A stretch of 64,000 nucleotides of DNA, taken from Chloropicon primus. Lineage: Eukaryota. Shown here in pieces: positions 42,531 to 52,232 of this stretch; the first letter of the stretch is position 1, and each line of letters opens with the position of its first letter. Under the pieces are notes generated by a model, which saw only the letters and a list, made by a program, of their open reading frames with translations, was not told the DNA's origin and did no database searches. The stretch covers positions 1,674,001 to 1,738,000 of the forward strand of contig CP060754.1 in assembly GCA_023205875.1 (NCBI GenBank). The letters run 5' to 3'. The translations under genes were made by a program, and so were the position numbers.

Positions 42531-43562
42531 TCACCGCGTCGTCTCCTCAAAGTTGTGCTTGAGCTTCAGGACGTTGCCGACTCTCCTCACCTCCTTCACG
42601 GCGAGCTCCAGCCTCTCCCCCAAGTCGGTGGTCGTCATGGCTCGGGCCCGAGTTTCCGGGGAGGACTCCAGGAGGCCCGCGAAGGAGGCCCTCGTGCACC
42701 TCTGGAGGACTCTGTCCTCGCCCTCCCCGAGAATCCACTGCCTGGCCTTCGTCCAGCGCTCGAGCCGGCCCTCGGTGCAGTAGCGCAGCGTTCCGTCCAG
42801 CGCCTCCATGAGGGAGGCGAGCGCGTCCTTGCAGTCCTCCAGGGCGTTCTCCGTGGCAGGACTCCCCCCTTCCTCGCCGGCCTGCTGCTTCTCCAGGGAC
42901 CGGAGCATGACAAAGTAGGCCCAGCGGTCGGGGAGCGGCAGGCTCTTCGCAAGCGTCAGCCTCGCCTGCCCGTCCTCCGGCCTGTCGTCCGTCACCAGCC
43001 CCCGCGTGCTGGCCACGACGACCCTCTCGACCGCCTGGAGCTCCAGCAGGACCAGCCGGGACTTGTCCCTCCTCTTCGCCTTGCGGACTCTCGCGTAGAC
43101 GGACTTGGAGCCCCTCGCTATGTCGGACATGTGGCCCTCGTGGGTGACCACGATGCCGCGAACGCCATCGACTCCGCCGCCGAGGGCCTCGACGGCCTCC
43201 TCCCACTGCTTCACGCACACGTTGACCTGGAACATCTCCCCCGGCAGGATCACCTGGGGCGGCATCGCCTCCTTCCCCTTCCCGCGCAGCACCACGCACG
43301 CCGTCTCCCTCTCGCCCTCTCCCCCTCGGTGCTCCGGCACCCGCTCCCGGTACACTCCCGACAGCTCGTCCCTCTGCGGGCAGACTTTGGCGATAAAGTC
43401 CTCCGCGGACTCGGACCTCGACGACGGCGACGACGACGACGAGAAGGCCCTCGACCTCGTCGACGACGAGAAAGAGCCTCGACCTCGACCTCGACCGTTC
43501 TGAGGCCTGGCCCGCAGCAGCCCCCTTTCGACCCCCGGTCTCGCCCTCCAAATGACCCCCAT
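42531..43562 (-). CDS. LON N-terminal (substrate-binding) domain-like protein, probably organellar
   Basis: VILPGEMFQVNV near the N-terminus and ARAMTTTDLGERLELA near the C-terminus resemble LON_substr_bdg; Arg/Ser-rich presequence. Confidence 0.55.
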   Translation of the reverse strand: MGVIWRARPGVERGLLRARPQNGRGRGRGSFSSSTRSRAFSSSSSPSSRSESAEDFIAKVCPQRDELSGVYRERVPEHRGGEGERETACVVLRGKGKEAMPPQVILPGEMFQVNVCVKQWEEAVEALGGGVDGVRGIVVTHEGHMSDIARGSKSVYARVRKAKRRDKSRLVLLELQAVERVVVASTRGLVTDDRPEDGQARLTLAKSLPLPDRWAYFVMLRSLEKQQAGEEGGSPATENALEDCKDALASLMEALDGTLRYCTEGRLERWTKARQWILGEGEDRVLQRCTRASFAGLLESSPETRARAMTTTDLGERLELAVKEVRRVGNVLKLKHNFEETTR

Positions 43563-43959
43563 ACCTCCCGAGCGAATGGTCTATCGAAAGAGCGCGAGAA
43601 TATCTCCAACCTGTGTCTCTCCCCTTGCCCAGTTCTCCCCCCTCGACCCCGTCAGACACCCTTCAACACAAGCCGTTCCTCCCGTCCAGTCGCCACCTTG
43701 GGCGCCCCTCGTCCTCGTCAGAAGGATTTCGATTTTTGAGGATGTGATTGATTGAGGTGTAAAGTTTACATCTATTTTAGGCGGCGGCTCGGCTTTTTTG
43801 GCGGCGGGGGGATTAACAAGGGATTTGTACACGAGGAGGAAAAGAGGGGAAAAGAGCGGAGAGCGGAGGGGTTCACTGGAGTTGGCGAGCGCGTCGACCG
43901 TCGCGAGAGAGAAGAGAACGAGGCGAGAGAAGCGAGAGGGAGGAGAGAACAAGGCGAAG

Positions 43960-45123
43960 ATGTCTCACTGTAAGTTCGAGCACCCAAGGCACGGTTCCCT
44001 TGGCTTCTTGCCCAAGAAGCGTTGCCGCAGAGGAAAGGGAAAGGTGAAGTCCTTCCCGAAGGACGACAAGACCAAGAAGCCCCACTTCACGGCGTTCATG
44101 GCGTACAAGGCGGGTATGACGCACATCACTCGTGACGTCGTGAAGCCGGGTTCCAAAATCCATAACAAGGAGGCTTGCGAGGCTGTGACCATCTTGGACT
44201 GCCCACCTATGGTCGTCGTCGGAGTCGTCGGATACGTCAAGACCTTCAATGGCATCCAGACCTTGAAGACGGTGTTCGCGGAGCACTTGAGCGAGGAGGT
44301 CAAGAGAAAGTTCTACAAGAACTTCTACAAGTCGAAGAAGAAGGCCTTCACCAAGTATGCCAAGAAATACGCCGACGGAAAGAAGGAGATCGAGGCCGAC
44401 TTGAACGAGATGAAGAAGAAGTGCTGCGTCATTCGCGTGCTCGCCCACACCCAGATTCGCAAGATCCCAATGGGACAGAAGAAGGCACACATGATGGAGA
44501 TCCAGATCAACGGAGGAAGCACCGCCGAGAAGGTCGACTTCGCCGTCTCCTTCTTCGAGAAGACCGTCCCTGTGGACGCCGTCTTCAGCAAGGACGAGAT
44601 GATCGACACCGTTGGAGTGACCAAGGGTAGAGGTACCGAGGGTGTTGTCACCAGATGGGGAGTGACTAGGTTGCCAAGAAAGACGCACAGAGGTCTCAGG
44701 AAGGTCGCTTGCATCGGAGCCTGGCACCCTGCCAGAGTCGGATTCAGTGTGCCTAGGTCGGGTCAGCACGGTTTCCACCATAGGACCGAGATCAACAAGA
44801 AGATCTACAAGTTGGGCAAGGTCGGAGAGGACACCTTCAAGTGCACCACCGCCTTCGACCCCTCCGACAAGGACATCAACCCTCTCGGAGGATTCCCAAA
44901 CTACGGTGTCGTCAAGAACGACTACCTCATGCTCAAGGGAGCTATCGTGGGTACCAAGAAGAGGTGCGTCACCCTCAGAAGGAGCTTGCTCAACCAGACC
45001 TCCAGAAACGCTTTGGAGAAGGTCGAGCTCAAGTTCATCGATACCGCCTCCAAGTTCGGACACGGAAGGTTCCAGACCGCCGAGGAGAAGCTCAAGGTCA
45101 TGGGAAGGCCAGCCAAAAACTAA
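43960..45123 (+). CDS. RPL3: 60S ribosomal protein L3 (uL3)
   Basis: [21 protein letters not shown]..., [34 protein letters not shown]. Confidence 0.99.
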   Translation: MSHCKFEHPRHGSLGFLPKKRCRRGKGKVKSFPKDDKTKKPHFTAFMAYKAGMTHITRDVVKPGSKIHNKEACEAVTILDCPPMVVVGVVGYVKTFNGIQTLKTVFAEHLSEEVKRKFYKNFYKSKKKAFTKYAKKYADGKKEIEADLNEMKKKCCVIRVLAHTQIRKIPMGQKKAHMMEIQINGGSTAEKVDFAVSFFEKTVPVDAVFSKDEMIDTVGVTKGRGTEGVVTRWGVTRLPRKTHRGLRKVACIGAWHPARVGFSVPRSGQHGFHHRTEINKKIYKLGKVGEDTFKCTTAFDPSDKDINPLGGFPNYGVVKNDYLMLKGAIVGTKKRCVTLRRSLLNQTSRNALEKVELKFIDTASKFGHGRFQTAEEKLKVMGRPAKN

Positions 45124-45414
45124 AGGGGAGGAGGAGCGGCGCGCGTCGTCCTCTTGCGCTCTCGAGTTTTTTTTTCGGCGAGCCGGAAGGGCACCAGCTA
45201 AAACCTTTTTTCGTTTCAATATATAGTTTAGACATAAATACCACGCAACCAACTGCGTCGTCGGCAAAACGAAAAGATCATAAACAGTAATAGTACAGGT
45301 GGTTTTAGAGCAAAAGCCCCCGGCCGTCCGTCGTGTTGCGGCGGAAAATAATAATACTCAACTCTTTTGAGCGACCTCAGGTCTTTTGGGTGGTGGTCTG
45401 TGCGTCCGGCCTTC

Positions 45415-46386
45415 TCACCCGTTCGCCAGGGCCTCCTTCAACTTCTTCTTCTGCTCGTCGTTCAGGGGCCTCGTCGGGAACCTCACGTTGAACTTTATCC
45501 GCAAGTTTCCTTTGCTTCCTCCCCTCATCGGCATCCCCTCGCCGGCAACCACTTTCTGGTACCCTGGCGTGACAATCTCGCTCATGTCGACCCTCAGGTT
45601 GCGGCCGTCCAGCGTCGGGATCGACAGGGCGAAGCCGCAGAGGGCCTGGGACAGCGCGACGTCCTGAGTGTACACCAAGTCGTTCCCGTCCCTCTTGAAG
45701 TGGGCGTGGGGCTTCTCGTCGATCACGAAGACGACGTCTCCCGCAAGGCCCCCGCTGGGCTGGTCCCCCTTCCCCTCGAAGGTGATCTTGGTCCCCTTCT
45801 TCCAACCGGGCTTGACCTCCACCGTCACCGTCTCTTGCTGCTGCCGGCCGTTGACTGTCCTGGTGATCTTGTAGGACTTGGTGACCCCCTTGTAGAGGTC
45901 CTCGAGGGAGAAGGGAATGTTGTTCATGGCCGGGCTCGGCTTCCTCCTGCTCGTGGACCTCCTCATTCCCGGACCCCCGAACGGGTGCCCGCCTCCGCCG
46001 CCCATCCCCCCCCCAAACATGCTGAAGAGGTCCTCCACCCCCCCGCCACCCCCCATGCCGCCGAATTGGGCTCCGAACACCTCGCTGAACAAGTCCTCCG
46101 GGCTTCGGAAGTTGAAGTTCGCCCCCCCGCCCCTCGCGAAGCCGCCCCCTCCCATCCCGTTCTTCAGGCCATCCTCCCCAAACTTGTCGTAAATCCCCCT
46201 CTTCTCCTTGTCGCTCAGCACGTCGTACGCTTCCGAGATCTTCTTAAACTTCTCCTCGGCCTCCTGCCTGTTGTCCTTGTTCTTATCAGGGTGCCACTTC
46301 ATCGCAAGCTTCCTGTACGCCTTCTTCAGCTCATCCTCCGACGCCGTCCTCGACACACCCAATTCCGCGTAATAGTCCCGCGCCAT
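45415..46386 (-). CDS. Class B DnaJ/Hsp40 co-chaperone
   Basis: J domain with HPD, G/F-rich region, [18 protein letters not shown]; no zinc finger. Confidence 0.95.
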   Translation of the reverse strand: MARDYYAELGVSRTASEDELKKAYRKLAMKWHPDKNKDNRQEAEEKFKKISEAYDVLSDKEKRGIYDKFGEDGLKNGMGGGGFARGGGANFNFRSPEDLFSEVFGAQFGGMGGGGGVEDLFSMFGGGMGGGGGHPFGGPGMRRSTSRRKPSPAMNNIPFSLEDLYKGVTKSYKITRTVNGRQQQETVTVEVKPGWKKGTKITFEGKGDQPSGGLAGDVVFVIDEKPHAHFKRDGNDLVYTQDVALSQALCGFALSIPTLDGRNLRVDMSEIVTPGYQKVVAGEGMPMRGGSKGNLRIKFNVRFPTRPLNDEQKKKLKEALANG

Positions 46387-46773
46387 TCTCCCTCTCTCTC
46401 TCCTTCAACACAAACGCAAACCAACCCCGTCCTCGTCCTCGTCCTCGTCGTCTCCCCTCGCCGCTTCTCTCTTCCCGCCTTCTAGAAAAAGAAAGAAAGA
46501 TCAGAGCGATCGAGCGATCGAGCGATCGAGTCGAGCGATCAGAGCGGAGCGGAGCGAGGGAGGTGTGCGTGTGGGGGGGTTCTTTTCGGGGGCGAGGGGG
46601 CGACGAGGGAGGGGACTGGACTGGGCTGCGGGAAGGAGGATCTCGTGGGCTTTCCGTCAAGTGCTCGATCCAAGGAAACGGACGCGTGGGCGAGTGTTTT
46701 TGGAGGAACGCGAAAAGAGGGGAGGACAGGGAATAGTGACAAGACGTGCGTGTGCGTGAGACGAGGTGAGGAG

Positions 46774-47934
46774 ATGGAGGAGGACAATTGCGCTGTGTTC
46801 ATGTCCGTGACGGGATCGACGGTCGAGCAGGCCAGGCAGTACTTGGAGATGTCCAACCAGGACGTGGACCGGGCCGTGGAGCTTTTCTTCGCCATGGGGA
46901 CGGCCACGACGACGACGACGACCGCGACGGGGGGGGGTTCGGGACCAGCAGCAGGGTCCGGGGGGAGCGGCGAGGGGGACGGCGTGCGGGATCCGATAGA
47001 CATAAAGCAGGACACCCTGTACGGGGACGAGTTTACGCAGTTCGACGAGAGGGCCCACCGGAGGACGGAGAAGAGGCTTCTCGAGGAGCACGAGAGGGCT
47101 GCCGCGGCCTTCACCAAGTTCGAGTCTCCGACGACGACGACGAGCGGCCGGGGCGCGGGGACGAGCGGCAAGAAGGACGGCGGTGCCGGCGCCCTCGAGG
47201 CCCTCTTCGAGCCGCCCACGGACCTCCTGTTCGAGGGAAGCGACCTCGACGCCGCGCGCGCTCAGGCCACGGTCGATCACAAGTGGATCCTCGTCAACAT
47301 CCAGTCCGCCTCGGAGTTCGCGTCCCACTGCCTCAACAGGGACACCTGGTCCGACCCCGTCGTGAAGGAGGCGGTCAAGTCGAGCTTCCTCATGATGCAG
47401 ATGTACGACACGAGCGACGCGGGGAAGAAGTTTCTCATGTGGTACCGCGTGTCCAAGCTGCCCTGCGTCGCGGTCCTCGATCCCCTCACCGGATCGAAAA
47501 TGTACTCCAAGGAGGGCCAGTTCGTGGAGCCCCAGACGCTCTTGGACGACCTCCTGCCCTTCCTGGACTCCTCCCCCATGAAGTTCGAGGGTGGCGGGGG
47601 GAAGAGGGAGGCCACGGAGGCGACGACGACGACGGCGGCGGAGGAGGAGGTCGTGGTGGTGGAGGAGGAGCCCCCCGCGGGCCACTCGGACGCCGTGACC
47701 GTGGTGGTCACCCTGGTGGACGGTTCCAGGGCCAAGCGGAGGTTCCTCAAGGGTAGCACGCTGAACCAGGTCTTCCTGTACTGCAAGTCCCAAGTCCCGG
47801 AGGCGAGGACCGGGAGGACGTTTAGGCTCGTGTCCAGGATTCCGGGCTTGAGGCTGGACGACCCGAGCAAGACTCTCGAGGAGGCCGAGGTCGGCGGCCA
47901 GGTCCTGATGATGGACTGGACGAAGAAGAACTAG
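46774..47934 (+). CDS. UBXN7/PUX7-like p97 adaptor (UBA-like, UAS, UBX domains)
   Basis: FMSVTG..ARQYLE..AVELFF; LFEPP, KWILVNIQ..EFASHCLNRDTW; C-terminal UBX with RRF..TLEEA. Confidence 0.9.
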   Translation: MEEDNCAVFMSVTGSTVEQARQYLEMSNQDVDRAVELFFAMGTATTTTTTATGGGSGPAAGSGGSGEGDGVRDPIDIKQDTLYGDEFTQFDERAHRRTEKRLLEEHERAAAAFTKFESPTTTTSGRGAGTSGKKDGGAGALEALFEPPTDLLFEGSDLDAARAQATVDHKWILVNIQSASEFASHCLNRDTWSDPVVKEAVKSSFLMMQMYDTSDAGKKFLMWYRVSKLPCVAVLDPLTGSKMYSKEGQFVEPQTLLDDLLPFLDSSPMKFEGGGGKREATEATTTTAAEEEVVVVEEEPPAGHSDAVTVVVTLVDGSRAKRRFLKGSTLNQVFLYCKSQVPEARTGRTFRLVSRIPGLRLDDPSKTLEEAEVGGQVLMMDWTKKN

Positions 47935-48085
47935 AAGAAGAAGCCAATCTCTCTCCCTTTGCTTGTAATACGAAAGGATCGTTGCCAATCACACAGAAGG
48001 AAAGGGACAACGAAGGCGAGCGAGTGAGGATGGAAGAGAAGAGAGAGAACCCGTGGCTTGAACACGGCGAGCTCTGCTGAAAGGA

Positions 48086-48210
48086 AAGACAATCCAGTTG
48101 TGGACTTGTCGGTTTAAAAATTGTGAATACGTCTTGAATGGGAACCAAGCACGGAACTCACTAGTAAAAGGCGAGTAAGTTGTTCGTGTTGCTTCGAACC
48201 CGACGCGCAC
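48086..48210 (-). ncRNA. U5: U5 spliceosomal snRNA
   Basis: The minus strand reads ACGAAC..ACUCGCCUUUUACUAGUGAGUUCCGUG: invariant loop I GCCUUUUAC at 48164-48172 in a stem, plus the IL2 CCG. It is followed by an Sm-like site CAAUUUUUAA and a 3' hairpin GACAAGUCCA..UGGAUUGUC. Ends are approximate. Confidence 0.92.
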
Positions 48211-48551
48211 ACCCAGATAGAGTGTATGCCTCCCTCTCGTCCAACGCACTGGCTTAGACCTGCACACCGCGGGGATCGGGCCAAGGAACGCGAATTCCCG
48301 GCGAAAAAGCGCAAAACGTGTTTCATGAAGTGAAGCTGAAACGGAAAAGCGAAACGGCGACGTCGAGCTGGACGACGAGGACGAGGACGACGAGCGCGAC
48401 GAGGGCGAGGTGAGTCGTTCGCTCGAGGGAAACGTTCGACCGACGAAAGGCCTCCTTCGCTTCGACTTCCTTTCCCACGCGGCGGGGCGAAATCCCCTGA
48501 AACGAAACGGCCCAGAACACAACTTCATTTGCTGACAGCTGCACACGCTCT

Positions 48552-48555
<4 letters not shown>

Positions 48556-48606
<51 letters not shown>

Positions 48607-48620
48607 GTCTGTCTCTCTCT
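48556..48620. repeat. (CT)n microsatellite in the 5' region of the SLC4 gene
   Basis: Directly visible; similar CT/GA tracts occur at about 2698, 5595, 12426 and 16348. Confidence 0.95.
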
Positions 48621-48658
48621 TGTGCCTCTTTCCATCGCAGCTCGCTGGCTGACTCGAG

Positions 48659-50407
48659 ATGATGGCGGCGACGACGACGACGAGGACGACGATGCTGGTG
48701 ACGACGTCGAGGTCGTCCCCACCCGGAAGGTCGTCGACCTCGCGACGGAGGGCTCCGGCCAGCAGCAGGGGAGGGGTCCAAGTCCAAGCCCCGCCCCGCC
48801 ACGCTTCGAGGCCCGGGGCGTCCGTCGGCAGGCGCGATGGACGAGCACCCGGCCGGGTGAGGGCGAGCGCGGCCGCCGAGGAGATCCCGGAGTCCGAGCT
48901 CTCGATCGTGGAGACGCCTTTCGTGGGGCTGAAGCGCGACTTGAAGCAGAGGCTTCCCTTTTACGTCTCCGACTACACGGAGGGCCTCAACCTCAAGTGC
49001 CTGGCGAGCACCCTGTTCATGTTCTTCGCCTGCCTGGCTCCTGCGGTCGCCTTCGGGTCCCTCCTGAACGTGAAGACGCAGGGCGCGATGGGGGCCCTGG
49101 AGATGCTCGTGAGCACCTCCATCTGCGGCATGGTGTACGCCCTGTTCTCCGGGCAGCCGGTCACCATCATCGGCTCCACCGGCCCGGTCCTGGCCTTCAC
49201 GGCGATCATGTACTCGACCTGCCAGCAGATGGCCCTGCCGTTCCTCTCGACGTACGCCTGGGTGGGGCTCTGGACGAGCGGCATCCTCGGCCTCTGCGCG
49301 GTGACCTCGACCAGCAACCTGGTGATCAGGTACCTCACCCGCTTCACCGACGAGATTTTCGCGGGGCTGATCTCCGTCATCTTCGTCGTGGAGGCGATGA
49401 AGAACATCGTGAGCCTGCTCTTCAACTCGGGCGTGAGCAGCAGCGCGGCGCTCCTGTCGATCATGACCGCCATCTCGACGTGCGCCTTCGCCCTGTCGCT
49501 CGCGGGGCTCAGGAGCAGCTCCTACTTCAACAAGAAGGCCAGGGACCTGGTGGCGAACTTCGGGCCGACCATCTCCATCGTCGCGTGCACGATCGCCTGC
49601 ACCTGGCTGGCGACGAGGTACGGCATCGGCCTCGAGTACCTCACGCTCCCCTCGCAGATCGCCCCGAGCACCCCGAGGCCCTGGGTGGTGAGCCTCATGG
49701 ACACGCCCGTGTGGGCCAGGTGGGCCTCCAGCCTTCCCGCGGTCATGGTCTCCATCCTCATGTTCTTCGACCAGAACATCACCACCAGGCTGGTGAACAG
49801 CAAGGACAACAAGATGAAGAAGGGGTACGGCTACCACGTGGACCTGCTGATCGTGGCCGCCAACACGCTCGTGTTCTCCATGCTTGGCATGCCCTGGCTC
49901 GTTGCGGCGACCGTGAGGAGCGTCAACCACCTCAAGTCCCTCACCACCTTCGAGGACGTGAAGGAGGGCGACGTCGAGACGACCAAGGTCGTTGGAGTGA
50001 CGGAGACGAGGGTGACGAACTTTGCCATCCACGCCTGCATCGGAGCGAGCGTGCTGTACGCGAGGGACCTCTTGGCCAAGATTCCACAGTGTGTCCTCAT
50101 GGGGCTCTTCCTGTACCTCGGACTCTCCGCCATCAAGGGCAACGAGTTCCTGGAGAGAATCGAGCTTTTCTTCATGGACAAGAAGAAGATGCCAAAGGTG
50201 CCATACGTCACGGATATCTCGCTGGGAGCGACCAAAAAGTTCACCTTGCTCCAAATCGCTTCCCTGCTCGCGCTAGTTGCTCTCAAGGAAAGCAAGTACG
50301 GAATCCTCTTCCCTGTTGTCATTGCCGCCCTCCAAATTATTTTGGTCTTGGCCGTGCGCGCAAAGTGGTTCACCGAGAAAGAGATCGCGGTGCTGGACAG
50401 GGAGTGA
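48659..50407 (+). CDS. SLC4 (HCO3- cotransporter/BOR) family anion transporter with putative chloroplast transit peptide
   Basis: GLKRDLKQRLPFYVSDYTEG, FFACLAPAVAFG, FSGQPVTIIGSTGP, TRFTDEIF, FFDQNIT, KGYGYHVD, AATVRSVNH, ETRVT, GLFLYLG. Confidence 0.93.
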   Translation: MMAATTTTRTTMLVTTSRSSPPGRSSTSRRRAPASSRGGVQVQAPPRHASRPGASVGRRDGRAPGRVRASAAAEEIPESELSIVETPFVGLKRDLKQRLPFYVSDYTEGLNLKCLASTLFMFFACLAPAVAFGSLLNVKTQGAMGALEMLVSTSICGMVYALFSGQPVTIIGSTGPVLAFTAIMYSTCQQMALPFLSTYAWVGLWTSGILGLCAVTSTSNLVIRYLTRFTDEIFAGLISVIFVVEAMKNIVSLLFNSGVSSSAALLSIMTAISTCAFALSLAGLRSSSYFNKKARDLVANFGPTISIVACTIACTWLATRYGIGLEYLTLPSQIAPSTPRPWVVSLMDTPVWARWASSLPAVMVSILMFFDQNITTRLVNSKDNKMKKGYGYHVDLLIVAANTLVFSMLGMPWLVAATVRSVNHLKSLTTFEDVKEGDVETTKVVGVTETRVTNFAIHACIGASVLYARDLLAKIPQCVLMGLFLYLGLSAIKGNEFLERIELFFMDKKKMPKVPYVTDISLGATKKFTLLQIASLLALVALKESKYGILFPVVIAALQIILVLAVRAKWFTEKEIAVLDRE

Positions 50408-50488
50408 GACCTGCTTCCCCTGGCATTCTCAAGCTGTTGTTAAACTAGATCAAATAAAAATGAAGAACCTTTTATACATTACCATCAC

Positions 50489-52183
50489 TCAAAACAACTT
50501 CGTCACCTCCTTGTACGTCCCAAGCTGCCCGCAGTCCTCCAGAAGCAGGAGGTAGCTAAGCTCCGGCATCTGCACGAGCTTGAGGGACTCGTTCGCACGG
50601 TTCAGGACGAAGGGGTGGCAGTTGCTGTGGCATACCTTCTTCAGCATCAGCTGCACCCGCGTGAGGAGGGGTTTGTGCACGAGCACGATCCTCGCCATCG
50701 CGGTCATTGCTGCGCAAACCAGTTTGAGGGTCTCGCTGTCCCTTGTAGCCTTGTCCTGCCACACGCGGGCCCTCTCGTGAACTACCGTCTCTAGGGTGTC
50801 CACCATCTGGTAAGCAAAGTCCTCGAAGAACGGCGTGGGCGGATTCTCGGAGAGAATGACCCCAATCTCTCTCAGCAGCCTTGTCTTCACCTTCTGCAAA
50901 TTGCAGTGCATGGCCGCTGAGTGGGGTCCTTCCAGAATCAGCACGTTCAAAAGCGCCTTTTTCAGCATCACCAGCATTTTGGGCTTCAACCTGAGCGCGT
51001 TGGATATGAAAGTCAAGCCTGCTTCCACCAAGATCTCCCCAAAGGCTGTGCTGGGATAAAAGCTGCCACTCGACACCCGGTTCAGGACGAGGGTGATGAT
51101 GGAGCAAAGGTTCCCAACAAGTCCCTGCGGGGACTCAAGAATGTAATCGAACACAGCGTTCAAAAGCTCCGGCATCAGGTTGTCCACCACCTTCGCCCCC
51201 TTGTCGCCCCGGAACGCCGCCGCCCTCTCCCGCCCCTGGGTCAGGCTCAACTCCATGATGTCCTGCACGAGCTTGGCTCGAGAGTGGGGGACATCAAGCG
51301 TGTGAGGGATGTCAGATATGTTGGGCGAGAGCATGTTGAAGATGTCCTCCACGCGCATCATACTCTCCGCGCTTCTCCCGTGCTCTTTCTCCACAATGGA
51401 GCGAAGAAGCTCCATGTTGGCCCTGTCCTCCACCATGGCTCGGTATCCGCAAGCGTCGTCGTCCATCAGCAGCGCCAGGCAAGGAGCGTCCAGGATGCTC
51501 TGAACCAAAGGAATGCACATGTTACTCGACACCATCGACTCCAGGAAGCAGGATAGCCCTTCGATGGGCGCGAAGGCTTCTGGTTGCAGCACGGCGGCCT
51601 TCAGAGCCGTGGGCCAGCCCTCGCAGATCAAGTCACAATACGTCTTCAAGAGATGTTCCCTGTACTCCCCGGTGCACAGCTCGAAGACTTTCGCGGAGAC
51701 GCCCGCATCCCGGTAATGGCGCTGAAATAATCGACCGAAGAGGGCGCTCAAGCACCTTCTGGTATCGAAGAGGTAGTCACTTCCCCGGCACTGCCTCTCC
51801 AGGACGAACTCCAAGATCACGATGAGCACGAAGCAGTGCCCGGGGCTCGTGGCCCCAGGTGCAGGTCCGCGGTCGCCGGCGAGCTGTGTGATTTTCTTGG
51901 ACAGGTTCCGTAGGATCCCCAGAGATATGGCCTCGACCCGCTGGTGAACGTCGTCATCCCCGCCGAAAGCGGTCACTGTCATCGAAAGAGAGCCCAGCCT
52001 CCTGATCCCCTGGACAAGTCTGCTCGTCGCTGCCACGTCTGAGCCCAACCTCGAGAAGTCGGCCTCTGCCTGGAGCGCTATACCTTCCACCTCACCCAGG
52101 ACCGGCGGCGAGGACGACGGCCCGGCACCGGCCTCGTCCACACTGCGCGACGCCATCCCGCCTCTCTCGCTCTCTGCCACCAT
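50489..52183 (-). CDS. AP5Z1: AP-5 complex zeta subunit-like (SPG48 domain)
   Basis: PCLALL.D; C-terminal DTLETVVHE..LVCAAMTAMARI..LLTRVQLMLKK..VLNRANESLKLVQMP resembles the AP5Z1 C-terminus as recalled. Confidence 0.6.
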   Translation of the reverse strand: MVAESERGGMASRSVDEAGAGPSSSPPVLGEVEGIALQAEADFSRLGSDVAATSRLVQGIRRLGSLSMTVTAFGGDDDVHQRVEAISLGILRNLSKKITQLAGDRGPAPGATSPGHCFVLIVILEFVLERQCRGSDYLFDTRRCLSALFGRLFQRHYRDAGVSAKVFELCTGEYREHLLKTYCDLICEGWPTALKAAVLQPEAFAPIEGLSCFLESMVSSNMCIPLVQSILDAPCLALLMDDDACGYRAMVEDRANMELLRSIVEKEHGRSAESMMRVEDIFNMLSPNISDIPHTLDVPHSRAKLVQDIMELSLTQGRERAAAFRGDKGAKVVDNLMPELLNAVFDYILESPQGLVGNLCSIITLVLNRVSSGSFYPSTAFGEILVEAGLTFISNALRLKPKMLVMLKKALLNVLILEGPHSAAMHCNLQKVKTRLLREIGVILSENPPTPFFEDFAYQMVDTLETVVHERARVWQDKATRDSETLKLVCAAMTAMARIVLVHKPLLTRVQLMLKKVCHSNCHPFVLNRANESLKLVQMPELSYLLLLEDCGQLGTYKEVTKLF

Positions 52184-52232
52184 GCCGGAAGAAGTGGACA
52201 ACTTTTTATATTAATAAGAAAAAGATTTTTAA

